NCBI GenBank assembly: GCA_039794085.1
Contig: JBDIWC010000025.1
Location: 1-57,765, forward strand
DNA from: Gemmatimonadales bacterium
Lineage (GTDB): Bacteria > Gemmatimonadota > Gemmatimonadetes > Gemmatimonadales > GWC2-71-9
Direction: 5' to 3'
DNA length: 57,765 nucleotides
Positions within the stretch are counted from its first letter, which is position 1. Every line of letters starts with the position of its first letter. The notes beneath the pieces are model-generated. The model made no database searches. It had not been told where the DNA came from and saw nothing but the letters and a program-made list of their open reading frames with translations. Shown here piece after piece: positions 1 through 9,566 of the stretch. A program made the translations under genes and the position numbers.

Positions 1-415
1 CCCCCCCAAGGGAACCCCCCGGGGGGGCCGCGAGGGCCCCCCCGCCACCTGGGGGCGAGGGGCGGGCCCCCCCCCCCCCGCCCCCCCCCCCCCCCCCCCC
101 CCCCAGTTGGGTTGGTGAAAGTGGTTGTTCGGTGGGTGAGATCGACGGGGCCTAGCACACCCCCTGTACTGAGCATACGACTTCTACGTTCGGGGCGCAA
201 GGGGAGGTGGAACAGGGTCGGGGGGAGTAGGGGAAAACCCGTAGGTACTTTCCCGGAGCGGGAAACTCCGTATTGCGGCGGCGGGGAAACTTCGGGATGT
301 TGTCTTCCATCGGACACACCGGTTGTACAGTAGGTCAGAGAACACGTAGGTGAGATCCACCGTCTCCCGTGCCATGCGACTGTCCATCCCAACGACAAGG
401 AGAAAGGCAGGGAAC

Positions 416-1048
416 ATGAGTAACCGGCCGCTGGTCATTTCACTCAGGATCATGTTCCTGTTCGGGCTATTGGCCGTGGCCGTCGGCTGCGGACCTGTCG
501 GGGACGTCACCAGTCCGGAGAAAGGCACGACGCCCCCGACATTCGTGTTTGGCGAGGGAACGTCATGTGAGGCGGCAACCGCCGAGTCCTTTCGCTGGTG
601 CTACATAACGTTCGCAGGGCGTGCCCTTGGCATCGAGCCGGGTCCCTCGTGTGTGGCAGTCTACTGTTGGGCCACATTCCCGGTCGGGCCTGTCACATCA
701 CAGCTCTGGGGTGCCAGAGACTTCTTGCTGGGTTCCTCGAACGCCACTTGCCGCCTCGCTGGTGCTCGATTTGCCCAACTTCTCAATGAGGATCGGGTGT
801 CATACTGGATCCCGCAAGATGTGACACCCCAGGGTGGTACTGTCCTTGGGATAACGTGGACAGCAGGGGGCGTAGTTCAGTCCGTCGCGATGCAATTCTG
901 GAGGACCATGCTTGATAATGCTCCTCAAGGCAGGGTTAATTGGGAGGTGGCACATGAGTTGGGCCATGATATAATGGGGCCTGATGAGATCGATGCGGAC
1001 GCATTCGCCATTATGTGCGTCGGCTTCAGGCCACTATGGAACCCCTGA
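416..1048 (+). CDS. Putative lipoprotein with C-terminal HExxH zinc-metallopeptidase-like motif
   Basis: Hydrophobic N-terminus ending in lipobox-like LLAVAVGC; VAHELGH...EIDADAFA near the C-terminus; ATG 416 follows a purine-rich stretch. Confidence 0.6.
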   Translation: MSNRPLVISLRIMFLFGLLAVAVGCGPVGDVTSPEKGTTPPTFVFGEGTSCEAATAESFRWCYITFAGRALGIEPGPSCVAVYCWATFPVGPVTSQLWGARDFLLGSSNATCRLAGARFAQLLNEDRVSYWIPQDVTPQGGTVLGITWTAGGVVQSVAMQFWRTMLDNAPQGRVNWEVAHELGHDIMGPDEIDADAFAIMCVGFRPLWNP

Positions 1049-1109
1049 GTTCGGTGGGGAACGCGCAGATATTTGCCCACGACGAAACCCAGACTTGCGG
1101 GAGGATGGC

Positions 1110-1637
1110 ATGCATAGTCGAGCCTTGATAGCGGCCCTCAGTTTGCTGCTGGTTGCAGTATCATCTGTGTCCGCTCAGGCGGCGCCCTTGGGGCAGTCGA
1201 TCCAGGGAAGGACCTTTCAAGAAGTCCACGATCTGGATCGAGCGGTGATCGAGTGGTTCACCGGCAATGTGCGAGGAGTCAGGAAGGCGGTTGTCCCTCC
1301 CGACGTCACGGCGGGGCAGGGGAGTGCCTTGCCGTTTGATGATTCCACCAGGGCCATGAAAGCGCGGGCGTCCATTAGTCGGAATGGCGGCGCCAAGGCC
1401 GCCGCGGGGGCCGCTAAGGATTGTATAGGGAGGTCGGAGGATGCGTGCTTCATGGCGGCTGACGTGGTGCTGGTGATTCGTCCGTTCCGTCGGCGAGGAG
1501 AGGGAGGCCGATTCCGCGCAGGATATGTGATTTTTACAAAGTATGGTGACACGATCCATCTCACGACGTGGTATGTTGGCTTTGAGGTGTCGGCGGAAGG
1601 GATCACCGTGACCGATGTCATCGCGGCTATGAGTTGA
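1110..1637 (+). CDS. Hypothetical secreted protein
   Basis: GGAGG upstream of ATG 1110; signal peptide MHSRALIAALSLLLVAVSSVSAQ. Confidence 0.65.
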   Translation: MHSRALIAALSLLLVAVSSVSAQAAPLGQSIQGRTFQEVHDLDRAVIEWFTGNVRGVRKAVVPPDVTAGQGSALPFDDSTRAMKARASISRNGGAKAAAGAAKDCIGRSEDACFMAADVVLVIRPFRRRGEGGRFRAGYVIFTKYGDTIHLTTWYVGFEVSAEGITVTDVIAAMS

Positions 1638-1993
1638 AGCGAGTTTTGGTCTCGGATCGGGGAGGTGTAGCCGGGCACCTCGTATGGTGCTGCGGGAAGC
1701 ACCGAAAGGGGTGTTGCGACCTGGAGAATCGTTTGTTGGGGTCTGTGACCGTGAGCCCGGAGGCGTGGTGAGGAGCACAAGTCGGATTCGCAGGCGCTTG
1801 GCGCCCGATTTTCTGGGGGATGCCTGTAACCCCTGACAGGGGAATGGCGGGAGGAAGTGGCACATCGCCCGCCCCCCACCATCGCGTCGAATACGACAGG
1901 GGGAGGCACAGGCTTGTGAACTCGAGACTTGCCGCCTCGATGCTGGTCGCGTAGGATCAGGGGGTCACAGAATCTCTGTCATGGAGGTCACCC

Positions 1994-2383
1994 TTGCGCG
2001 TCATGGCCATCCCCGTCACCCTCCTTTTCTCCCTCGCCGCCTCAGGTACTCTCGTAGCCCAGGACGACCATGTGGGCCACGGCTTCGGCGAGGTCCTCCG
2101 TATCAAGGCGATGGTGCAGCAGGACTCCCTCTACCGGGCGGCCCCCCGGGACACCACGCTCCTTCTTCTGATCGAGCGGGACGACACCGGCCGGCTTCGG
2201 GTGATCGGCACCGCGGCGGACCGGCCCTCCCTCCATCTCCGCGGCAAGGCCACGGGCCGGGGCGTCCTGAGCGGTGCCTTTCCTCCGGGAAGGGCGGTGC
2301 CGGCCCGGGTGTACTTCTACGTGGTGCAGGGGGTCTCGCGCTTCCCTCGCGCCCTCATTCCCGCCGAGGGAACAGGGAGCTGA
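1994..2383 (+). CDS. Hypothetical secreted protein
   Basis: GGAGGT before TTG 1994; signal-peptide-like N-terminus (…LAASGTLVAQ). Confidence 0.55.
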   Translation: MRVMAIPVTLLFSLAASGTLVAQDDHVGHGFGEVLRIKAMVQQDSLYRAAPRDTTLLLLIERDDTGRLRVIGTAADRPSLHLRGKATGRGVLSGAFPPGRAVPARVYFYVVQGVSRFPRALIPAEGTGS

Positions 2384-2548
2384 CCCCGTCGGCATCCGGC
2401 CTGACGGATCCTTTTCTCCTCCCCGCACCCGTACCCGTACACGAGCGGTTCCCTCGCGGTCACCTCTTGACTTGTCCCTGACTTCAGGCGTTCGTAAGGG
2501 TGACTCCATTCACATGAATGGGTCCCGCATCAGCGGAGGGAAGTCAGC

Positions 2549-2833
2549 ATGTCCACCAGCACAACGATTCATGCCTTTGTCCTTGCCGTGTCTGGCGGTG
2601 GCCTGCTGTGGTCCGCCATCCAGTACACCCGAGGACGCGATCGATCCGTGATATTGCTCCTGGCGCCCCTCCAGCTTGCCCTGGTCATTCAGTCGGTGGG
2701 GGCCCTGTTCCTGTCGGGACGGAGTGCGATCGCCGCTGCCATTGTCTCCATGGTGCTCTTGATTCCTGCCGCCGTCCAAAGCTTTCGGTTGATTCGGCAA
2801 CACAGAACCAAGTCGGTTGTAGGTCCCCGATGA
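2549..2833 (+). CDS. Small membrane protein (about 3 TM)
   Basis: GGAGG upstream; three hydrophobic segments; stop overlaps the next ATG (ATGA). Confidence 0.6.
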   Translation: MSTSTTIHAFVLAVSGGGLLWSAIQYTRGRDRSVILLLAPLQLALVIQSVGALFLSGRSAIAAAIVSMVLLIPAAVQSFRLIRQHRTKSVVGPR

Positions 2834-3390
2834 CTCGATCCGGCCCGCCCTTGATCACGCTGCTGTTCGCTTTCATCCTCGTCCTCACAACCCAGCCCAC
2901 CGGGTTGACGGCGCAGACGGGTGCGGCACGACCGTCGGTCTGGCTTCAGGGCGGGGTCGCCCCCCGGTCAGACGCGATGGTCTCCGCCGGGTTGGAAATC
3001 CGAGGGGGATGGAGTGGTCGGGTGACCCCGGTCCTTGCGGTGGCCGGCGTCTGGCGGGCCTCGGGGTGTGACCAGGTGGTCGGCGTCCCCTGCGACGACA
3101 ACGGATGGGCGCCGAGCCTCGGTGCCCTGATCTCCGTCACGCCAGCGACACGGGCGGCACGGCTGTACGTCTCTCCCCGGGTGGGGGCCATCTTCTACGA
3201 CGGCTTCGAACGTGGGGTCTGGAACCCGAGTCTCGGGCTCGGCGTGGCGTGGGCCGGGCAGGGGGCGGTCGGTTTCATGGGCGAAGTGCGGTACAATGCG
3301 GTCACCGATTCCCGGTCGAGGAACAGCCTGAGACGTCCCGACACGGAGGATTTCGTTGCGTTCCTGGTTGGACTCACCCTACGGATGTGA
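2830..3390 (+). CDS. Outer-membrane beta-barrel-like protein
   Basis: Signal peptide, then alternating beta-strand patterns (GLEIR, LYVSPRVG, FMGEVRY, FLVGLTLR); ATGA-coupled start. Confidence 0.6.
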   Translation: MTRSGPPLITLLFAFILVLTTQPTGLTAQTGAARPSVWLQGGVAPRSDAMVSAGLEIRGGWSGRVTPVLAVAGVWRASGCDQVVGVPCDDNGWAPSLGALISVTPATRAARLYVSPRVGAIFYDGFERGVWNPSLGLGVAWAGQGAVGFMGEVRYNAVTDSRSRNSLRRPDTEDFVAFLVGLTLRM

Positions 3391-3391
3391 C

Positions 3392-3778
3392 ATGAGCGCC
3401 AAGGGATTGAAGGTTTTTCTGCTGTCGCTTGCGAGCCTGGGGTGCGGTTTGGTCGACTCGGACACCGACACTTTCGTGATCCGGGTCGACAGCGTCTCGG
3501 CTCCTGCCGCCATCGCACCTGCCGACACCATCACCGTTCGCTTTTTCGGGTCCATCGGGCCGAACGGATGCTATTCCCTCGTCGACGCGCCCACCACGCG
3601 CACCCCAGCCTTGTTGGAGGTCCGATTCAATGGCAAGAGGGTGGACGCACTCTGTATCCAGACGCCCATCTTCCTCGATCACACGCAGCGACTGGTGCCG
3701 CCGTTTGTGGATCCGTTCACCATCCGGGTCCTGCAACCCGATGGAGCGACCCTCGAACACATCGTGCGGGTCCAATAG
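3392..3778 (+). CDS. Hypothetical lipoprotein
   Basis: Lipobox LASLGC; Cys pair (GPNGC…ALC); starts 1 nt after the previous stop. Confidence 0.65.
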   Translation: MSAKGLKVFLLSLASLGCGLVDSDTDTFVIRVDSVSAPAAIAPADTITVRFFGSIGPNGCYSLVDAPTTRTPALLEVRFNGKRVDALCIQTPIFLDHTQRLVPPFVDPFTIRVLQPDGATLEHIVRVQ

Positions 3779-3804
3779 GGCCGACGGGAAAGAATGCAAC
3801 CGCT

Positions 3805-3980
3805 GAGGGCGCGGAGGACGCAGAGGGTTGGCGGCTCTCGCGACGGGTTCCCGATCTCGCACCCTTGGGCATCGGCAGGATGGGGGCCCATCCACCCCCC
3901 AACAACAAATCCGGATCTCGGCGCGCGAGGCGTGGAGCAATGGAAAGCAATCGGAGACCCTCTGCGTCCTCCGCGCCCTC
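3805..3980. repeat. Perfect 23-bp inverted repeat built from 9-nt units, flanking a 130-nt spacer
   Basis: gagggcgcggaggacgcagaggg (3805-3827) is the exact reverse complement of 3958-3980. Confidence 0.9.
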
Positions 3981-4117
3981 TGTGGTGCCCTCTTCCAAGG
4001 GTGGAAGCCACCGATGACACAGATGACGCAGATGGCAAAGGGTTGAAAGTTACCTCACGGCGTCATGCCAGCTGGCATCGCACCTTGGACGACGGGAAGT
4101 ACACCTCCATGGTTCTC

Positions 4118-4144
4118 AGATCCCTCACTGCGTTCGGGATGACA
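4118..4144. repeat. REP-like palindrome (agatccc…gggatgaca)
   Basis: ATCCC/GGGAT stem followed by GAC, the same architecture as other REP-like copies in the window. Confidence 0.6.
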
Positions 4145-4159
4145 TCCCGCTCCCACTCT

Positions 4160-5383
4160 ATGTCCCTGTCCCTGCCCCTCTCCCTCACGTTCCTCTCTCT
4201 TCTTCTCGGGTGCGGAGAACCGGCCGTCGATCCGCCGTCGGTGAGCACCGCCGACTCCGCGGGTGTCACGATCGTCAGCGTCCATCGGCTCGATGACCTC
4301 GACCTCCCGGTCTGGAAATCCGAGGTCGTCTTCTCCACCGGCTCTTCCGACTCGCTCCTCCTCAAGCAATTCGCTGTCGCCCTTTTCCTCCCCGACGGTT
4401 CCCTCCTCGTGGGGTCCGGCGTCGATCTCTTCCAACTCGACGCAAACGGTGCGTTGCGGCGCCGGATCGGCCGAGCCGGGGATGGCCCCGGGGAGTTCCG
4501 CGGAATTGGACGCCTCCTGATCACCGAGGACTCCCTGATCGCCGTGAGCGAAGCCTGGTTCGGGTCCGGGCGCATGACCGTGCTGCGGCCCGACGGGTCG
4601 GTGGCACAATACATCGCCCGGTTAGGCGGCGCGGTCTCCACCACCGGACGGGAGCCTATTGCGATCCTGGGCCGCGGAGTGATTCTGTCGACGTTCGGGC
4701 AATTCATGCCCAACCGGGGGGAACTGCCCGGCGTCGTCTCGGGAGAGTTGGAGCGGGATCCGATGCCTCTCTTCGTCCACGACTCCACCGGCACGATCCG
4801 CGACACGCTCGGCTCCTGGCTCGGTCTGGAACGTGCCCGCCTGCTCCAGGACGGCCACACGGTCCGGACCACGGTTCCCTTTGCCCGAAGCGTGGTCCAC
4901 GATGGCCGAGGCGGGATCGCGGTCATCGGGCCCACCGACTCGCTCGATCTGTCGGTGTATGACGGGGGGCGTCTGGCCCTGCGGATCACCGGAACGGCAC
5001 CCCATCGTCCCGTCACTCCGAAACACCTCGAAGGGTGGCGGGCCGTGATGAGGACCTGGAATGGGAGCGACGGCCAGATCTTCCTCGACCTGATGAAGAA
5101 CGCTCCCCGGGTTCCCGAGCTCCCCGCGGTGGGTGCCGTCGTGGTGGACGACCAGGGGAATCTCTGGGTCGGCGGGTATGCTTTGGTGGGGGACACGGTG
5201 CGCACCTGGACCGTCTTTTCCCGGGAGGGCGTGCCGCTCGGGCGAATCGACCTGCCGGCCGTGACCGACCCGGTCTTTCACGGGCCGCATGAGCTGCTCG
5301 ATGTCCAGGGGGATCGCCTGGCGGTGCTCCGACCGGGCGAGGACGGGGAAGCAATCATCGAAGTGTGGCAGGTGCGAAGGTGA
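4160..5383 (+). CDS. 6-bladed beta-propeller lipoprotein
   Basis: Lipobox LLLGC; DSAGVTIV and IGRAGDGPGEF motifs; DDQGNLWV blade. Confidence 0.75.
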   Translation: MSLSLPLSLTFLSLLLGCGEPAVDPPSVSTADSAGVTIVSVHRLDDLDLPVWKSEVVFSTGSSDSLLLKQFAVALFLPDGSLLVGSGVDLFQLDANGALRRRIGRAGDGPGEFRGIGRLLITEDSLIAVSEAWFGSGRMTVLRPDGSVAQYIARLGGAVSTTGREPIAILGRGVILSTFGQFMPNRGELPGVVSGELERDPMPLFVHDSTGTIRDTLGSWLGLERARLLQDGHTVRTTVPFARSVVHDGRGGIAVIGPTDSLDLSVYDGGRLALRITGTAPHRPVTPKHLEGWRAVMRTWNGSDGQIFLDLMKNAPRVPELPAVGAVVVDDQGNLWVGGYALVGDTVRTWTVFSREGVPLGRIDLPAVTDPVFHGPHELLDVQGDRLAVLRPGEDGEAIIEVWQVRR

Positions 5384-5395
5384 ACAACACAATCA

Positions 5396-5610
5396 ACCAC
5401 AGAGACACAGAGAGCACGGAGGGTTCATCGCACTGGCCAAGGCTTCGCGATCCGGCGCCGTCTCCGAAAAGAGTGAGGCTGCCCATTGCCCCGCCAGGCA
5501 TACCTGAACCCCTCGGCTGCTCCGATGCTCTCTGTGCCCTCTGTGTCTCCGTGGTGAACCCACTTACGGCGCGGGGTGTGGGGCTTCGTGCCTTCGTGGC
5601 TTCGTGTGAA
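5396..5610. repeat. Imperfect inverted repeat of 9-nt units plus a cttcgtg triplet
   Basis: accacagagacacagagagcacggag (5396-5421) pairs with ctctgtgccctctgtgtctccgtggt (5530-5555); cttcgtgccttcgtggcttcgtg at ~5584-5606. Confidence 0.8.
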
Positions 5611-5648
5611 AGATGTTCCCCTACACGCTGGGCGAATGTGATTCGCCC

Positions 5649-6605
5649 CTACGGTGCGTCCACGCGCCGGAGAAAATCCCGGACCAAGCCGTAGATCGCC
5701 TCGGGGTTGTCATTCTCTGTTGCATGTCCTGCGCCCGGGATCACCGCGAACTCGGCACCAGGCACCAGCCGGGAGAACTCCTCCGTCGCGGCCGGGGTCG
5801 CCTCGTCGAATTCGCCGGTGACGAACAGGGCCGGCACCCGGATGTTCCGGAGCCAGTCGGTGCCGTCGAAGGTCTTGAGCGTGCCGGTCGAGGTGAACTC
5901 GCTCGGGCCCCACATGTAGTTGTAGACAAAACTCCCGCTCCTCTGGCGCGCGCTGTCGGCGTCGGCGGCGAACCGCGGCGGCGTCCGGCGCAGGAACTGC
6001 GCGTAGTAGGCGTCCATCGCCGCCTGGTATTCGGGGTGATCGGTGGTGCCCGCTTCCTCGTGCTCGGCGATGTGCCGTTGCATCGAGTCCGGGAGAAACA
6101 GGATGAGCGAGTCGGCGTCATGCTCCCAGCGGGCCGTGGTGACCAGCGGACTGGAGAACGTCACGCTGCGGACGCCGGAGGGGTTGGTGCCCATGTAGGC
6201 CTGGAGCAGCATGGCTCCCCAGGAGCGGCCGTAGAGGTGAACCTCGGTGAGGCCCAGGAAGTCCCGCAGGGCCTGCAGCTCCCGCACATAGCGGTCCACG
6301 GTGTAGAGGGTCGTGTCAGTGGGGTGATCCGACTTGCCCGACCCCAGCTGGTCGTACCGGATCACCGGGCGGTCGTCGCCCAGGGCGGCCCAGCCCTTGA
6401 GACCGAAGCTGGAACTCCCGGGGCCGCCATGGATCACGACGAGCGGGGTGCCGGGGCCGTTCCCCATCCGGGCCCAGTAGATCCGGCCGCCGGGTACGGT
6501 GATGAATCCCTCATCCGCGGGAGGGAGAGGGGGGACCGGAGGCGCCGCCGTGCAGGAGAGGAGGACGGCAGCGAGGGAGAGGGGGAGGATAGGGTTCGAT
6601 CGCAC
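5649..6605 (-). CDS. Proline iminopeptidase-family alpha/beta hydrolase, probable lipoprotein
   Basis: HGGPG oxyanion motif, GRSWG nucleophile, GEFDE and GAGH catalytic residues; lipobox LLSC; GTG 6605 preferred over ATG 6623, which lies inside the repeat. Confidence 0.85.
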   Translation of the reverse strand: MRSNPILPLSLAAVLLSCTAAPPVPPLPPADEGFITVPGGRIYWARMGNGPGTPLVVIHGGPGSSSFGLKGWAALGDDRPVIRYDQLGSGKSDHPTDTTLYTVDRYVRELQALRDFLGLTEVHLYGRSWGAMLLQAYMGTNPSGVRSVTFSSPLVTTARWEHDADSLILFLPDSMQRHIAEHEEAGTTDHPEYQAAMDAYYAQFLRRTPPRFAADADSARQRSGSFVYNYMWGPSEFTSTGTLKTFDGTDWLRNIRVPALFVTGEFDEATPAATEEFSRLVPGAEFAVIPGAGHATENDNPEAIYGLVRDFLRRVDAP

Positions 6606-6616
6606 GGCGGGCCCCT

Positions 6617-6658
6617 TGTTCATTGATTATTGGTCATTGTTCATTGTTCATTGTTCAC
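6617..6658. repeat. Heptamer tandem repeat (tgttcat-like x6)
   Basis: tgttcat tgattat tggtcat tgttcat tgttcat tgttcac; the last unit contains the stop codon of the upstream permease. Confidence 0.85.
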
Positions 6659-9102
6659 TGTCCTCGCATCACCATCGCCGGATCCACCCGCGCGGCACGG
6701 AGCGCCGGCAGCCAGCACGCCACGAGCCCCACCGTCACCATAACAACCGCCACCAGAATCAGCGTCACCGGATCGTGCGGGGCCACGCCAAACAGGAGGC
6801 CGCGGAGGATGCGGGTGGCGAACAATGCCCCGGCAATCCCCAGCACCAGGCCGATGCCGAGCAGTGTGCCACCCTCGCGGATCACCATCCCCTGCACCCG
6901 GTTCCGGTCGGCGCCCAGGCTCATCCGGATCCCGATCTCCAGGGTCCGGGCGCTCACCGAGAATGCCAGCACCCCGGCGATGCCGACGGCGGCGATGAGC
7001 ACCGCCAGGAGTCCGAAGGCGCCGATGAGGGCGGCGTTCAGGCGGCGGGGTGCCACGCTCTGGCCCTTGATCTCCGACAGCGTGAGCACGTTCTCGATCG
7101 GATCCCGCGGTGCGATGCTTCGCACCAGCCGCGTCGCGGCCGCTCCCAGGGCGGAGGCATCCTGCTCGGCGCGGATCACCAGTCCCCCGGCGAACACCAC
7201 CTCCTGGGCAAAGGGCTGGAACATCACCGGACGCGGATCGACATCGAGTCCCCCATCTCTCGTGTCTCCCACAACGCCGACCACCGTGCGCCAGTCACCC
7301 GTCACCGGAATGAATCGCAGCACGTCCCCGGTCCATGCCACCCGCTGACCGATCGGATCCCGGTCTCCGAAGAGGCGCCTGCTCAGCGTCTCGTTGAGGA
7401 TCACCACCAGGGCGCTCCCCTCGATGTCGGTGGAGGTGAACTCCCGTCCGCGCAGCACCGGGATCCCGGCTGCCCGGAAATACTCGGGGCTCGCCGTGCG
7501 ATACTCGGCGCGGGGGATCGCCTCGCCGGCGGCCAGGGCCCGTCCCTCCGCCTTCACTTCCAGTTGGAAATCGGAGGAGCGGAGGGGGATCACCGAACCG
7601 ATCCCGACGTCTCGCACACCGGGGATCGCGGAGATCTCGTACTTCATCCGGTCGTAGAGAGCCCTGGTGGCGTCGTTGTCCCCTTCTCCGCCGCTGACCG
7701 GCACTTCCATCGTGAGGACCTCGCTCTCGCCCCCGGTGAGGCCGGTGTCGACCTCCGAGAGTCGGAGCATGGTGCGGGTCAGGAGCCCCGCTCCGGTGAG
7801 GAGGATCACGGAGACGGCGACCTGGGCCACGACAAGCGCGCGTTGGAGCCGCTGGCGGCGCAGGGTGCCGCTGGCGCGCGCCACGCCCTGGGACATCCAG
7901 GTGCCGAGTGTCCCCTCCCGGGCGAGCCGCGGGGCGTAGGAGAGGAGAAGGGCCACGACCACGGTCAGCACCAGGGTGAACCCCAGGACCATGGCGTCGA
8001 GCCGGATCTCGCCGGCCCGGGGGGAAACCCGTTCCGCGAAGGCGATGAGGAGCTGCAGTCCGCCCGCGGCCAGTCCGAGCCCCAGGAGGGCACCGCCCAG
8101 GGCCAGCATCAGGTTCTCCACCAGGAGCAGACGGCGGAGCCGGCCGGCCCCGGCACCGAGCGCGGCCCGGATCACCAGTTCATGTTCGCGCCGCACACCG
8201 CGCATCAGGGTCAGGTTGGCGACGTTGGCGGCGGAGATGATCATCACGAAGGCGGCGGCACCCATCAGGAGCCAGAGGGTCAGGCGTGCGCGCTCGCCGA
8301 GTACCTCGTGGAAGGGAGTGAGGGTGACGCGGTATCCGGAGGCGGCATCGTAGGCGTCGGGGTGATCGGCCTGGACCCGGGCGCGGATCGTCTCCACCTC
8401 GCCGCGCGCCTGGGGCAGCGTGGCGCCGGGAGCGAGCCGGGCGATCATCTCCGTCATCCGGTGGGTGCGTCCCGTCACCATCATGGCGCTGGTGTGGTGC
8501 TCGCTGATCACCATGTTCATCAGCGCGTCCATCCGGTTCGGGAAGGTGGGGGCAGGCTCCACCACGCCGACCACCGTCACCGCCCGGCCATCCACCAGGA
8601 CCGTCTGTCCGACGATCCCGCTGTCGCCCTGGAACCGCTTCATCCAGTACTCGTGGGTCAGCACCATCACGGGAGGCACGGCCGTGCCGTCGTCTCCGTC
8701 CGTCAGCAGTCGGCCCAGCGTCGGGGAGAGGCCCATGACCTGGAAATAGTTTCCGGTGACGAGTCCGACGGTCATCCGGACCGCGTCGTTGTCCCCTTGG
8801 AGGGTGTAGGTCATGGGGGAGTACTCGGCGATCCCGCCGAGTGCCTCGGCGCCGTCGCGGAAGTCGTCGATTTCGGGGACGGAGAAGAGCACGTTCTCGC
8901 CGCCCGGTCCCTCGACGGACTGGCGGAGGTAGACCAGGCGGTCGCCGTCCCGATGGGGAAGGGGACGGAGGAGCACGCCCCGCACCACGCTGAAGATGGC
9001 GGTGTTGGCGCCGATGCCGAGCCCGAGGGTCAGGACCACGGTGAGGGTAAAGCCGCGGGCCTTGGCGAGGGAGCGCAGGGCGAAGCGGAGATCAGCGAGC
9101 AT
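6655..9102 (-). CDS. ABC transporter permease, ADOP (duplicated MacB/FtsX) family
   Basis: DLRFALRSL…LGLGIGANTAIFSVV N-terminus; two FtsX halves (IRAALGA, EIGIRMSLGA); C-terminal RAARVDP. Confidence 0.92.
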   Translation of the reverse strand: MLADLRFALRSLAKARGFTLTVVLTLGLGIGANTAIFSVVRGVLLRPLPHRDGDRLVYLRQSVEGPGGENVLFSVPEIDDFRDGAEALGGIAEYSPMTYTLQGDNDAVRMTVGLVTGNYFQVMGLSPTLGRLLTDGDDGTAVPPVMVLTHEYWMKRFQGDSGIVGQTVLVDGRAVTVVGVVEPAPTFPNRMDALMNMVISEHHTSAMMVTGRTHRMTEMIARLAPGATLPQARGEVETIRARVQADHPDAYDAASGYRVTLTPFHEVLGERARLTLWLLMGAAAFVMIISAANVANLTLMRGVRREHELVIRAALGAGAGRLRRLLLVENLMLALGGALLGLGLAAGGLQLLIAFAERVSPRAGEIRLDAMVLGFTLVLTVVVALLLSYAPRLAREGTLGTWMSQGVARASGTLRRQRLQRALVVAQVAVSVILLTGAGLLTRTMLRLSEVDTGLTGGESEVLTMEVPVSGGEGDNDATRALYDRMKYEISAIPGVRDVGIGSVIPLRSSDFQLEVKAEGRALAAGEAIPRAEYRTASPEYFRAAGIPVLRGREFTSTDIEGSALVVILNETLSRRLFGDRDPIGQRVAWTGDVLRFIPVTGDWRTVVGVVGDTRDGGLDVDPRPVMFQPFAQEVVFAGGLVIRAEQDASALGAAATRLVRSIAPRDPIENVLTLSEIKGQSVAPRRLNAALIGAFGLLAVLIAAVGIAGVLAFSVSARTLEIGIRMSLGADRNRVQGMVIREGGTLLGIGLVLGIAGALFATRILRGLLFGVAPHDPVTLILVAVVMVTVGLVACWLPALRAARVDPAMVMRGQ

Positions 9103-9566
9103 CCGACACTCCTTTCAGGTGTGACCCCATTGGTCGAACGGCGAGCTCCTCAATCGACATCCCTTGGATTGTCCCGGGGCCCTGGCGATTCAACCCGGTC
9201 CGAGGCGGGGAGTCAAAGCATTGGGTTCTGGTCTCTCTGCGACACTGTTACCCGAAACGGGTCGCAGGCTTTGGATGCCGAGTCCGTTCGCGAGCGGCGA
9301 CCCGGCCGTGTCAACGGCCTCCCGCCGCCGAGCAAGGGGCGTCAGCCCCGGGAAACACCACTCACGACCGAGGACACCGAGCCCAGGCATGAAATGAATC
9401 CGCCGGGGAACATACAGTGCCGGGTGCGTCTCGATCTACTCCCCTCTCCCGCACCTGGCCGCGGGCCCCGGCAACGGTGCGGAGGCTCTTTCCTCCCGCC
9501 TTCGCCTCGATCAGGAGCTTTCGTCCCCCCGCTTCCATCATGAAGTTGGGTCCGTATGATACCCCA

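Noticed and set aside
1..105. Poly-C/poly-G low-complexity stretch
   Set aside because: At the very start of the sequence and typical of sequencing or assembly artefacts; no function can be supported
6499..9543. 1014-aa plus-strand ORF
   Set aside because: Antisense shadow of the ADOP permease; stop-poor because of high GC; no motifs
9103..9566. Long intergenic region as a possible ncRNA or small gene
   Set aside because: Only a short REP-like hairpin (ggggc-gtca-gcccc) is visible; no convincing ORF or larger structure
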